Origin: Piromyces finnis finn
Taxonomy: Eukaryota; Fungi; Neocallimastigomycota
Direction: 5' to 3'
DNA: 64,000 bases
Assembly (NCBI GenBank): GCA_002104945.1
Contig: MCFH01000027.1
Coordinates: forward strand, 613,626 to 677,625
Of this stretch, positions 63,302 through 64,000 are shown piece by piece (positions within the stretch are counted from its first letter, which is position 1; each line of letters opens with the position of its first letter). The notes under the pieces are model-generated. The model saw only the letters and a list, made by a program, of their open reading frames with translations, was not told the origin of the DNA and ran no database searches. The position numbers and the translations under genes are program-made.

Positions 63302-64000
63302 ATATAATTATTAAAAATTATTATTTTTATTACTAGTTAAAATATTTCAATAAATATAATATTATTGATAATATTTATTTTTGTTAATATTTATTGAGAT
63401 AATGATTATCTTATATTTTATCTTTATTTCTTATTTTTTTTTTTATTTATTATTATTATTATTATTCTTATTTATTATTTATTTATTTTTATTTTATTTT
63501 TATTAATATATATAATATATATTTTTTATTTTACTTTTTAGCAAATAACATATTTTTTTTTATGATAGATAAAAGTTATTATAATTTAAATTAAAATCTA
63601 TTTAATGATAATAAAAAGATTTTATTTAAAAAAAAATAAAATATATAGGAAAATGTTCAGTATACATATGAAAACAATTAATTCGTATATATAATTTAAC
63701 CAAAAAATATTTGTTGATTAAAAAATAAAATAAAATTTGTGGATTTAAATAAAAATACCATAATAAATATGAAATATATAATAAATATAAATAACAATAT
63801 CAATACATTTATATATATATATAGAATCTGTTTTTACTCAAACTTTATGCTAATTGATAAATTTTAAATTTTTATATTATATAAATTATTATAATTTAAA
63901 TAATGGAAAAATGATGGTAATAACAATTGATTAATATTTGTATAGCTATCAAACCTCATAAAATTTTTTAAACTTATTTGAATTATATTATCTATAATTC

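Overview
Extremely AT-rich eukaryotic DNA with spliceosomal GT-AG introns, fungal-type genes (profilin, Sts1/Cut8) and flagellar genes (CCDC42/CFAP73-like, CFAP77-like). This combination best fits an anaerobic gut fungus (Neocallimastigomycota); that is inference, as no database search was possible. Mobile DNA dominates. (i) Two near-identical full-length LINEs (262-5840 and 27432-33142) each have their own target-site duplication and one 1512-aa RRM-like/APE/RT/CCHC ORF. (ii) There are two antisense relics of the same LINE family. One is split by the second young LINE and itself splits a bulb-lectin-like pseudogene, giving three nested layers. (iii) An internally deleted Ty3/gypsy element (35477-39684) keeps both LTRs, a tRNA-Ala PBS, gag, protease and a well-formed -1 frameshift signal. 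Host genes also include an Asn/Tyr-rich protein, a coiled-coil protein, an M3A peptidase with an apparent signal peptide, an F-box-like orphan and a large disrupted secreted-protein gene. The best leads are the structured tandem 5' monomer and RRM-fused ORF of the LINE, the different endonuclease active-site lesions in its two copies, the frameshift pseudoknot, the lectin/Ser-Thr-rich gene and the frequent (A)nG splice acceptors. I cannot show from the sequence alone that any of these is previously undescribed.
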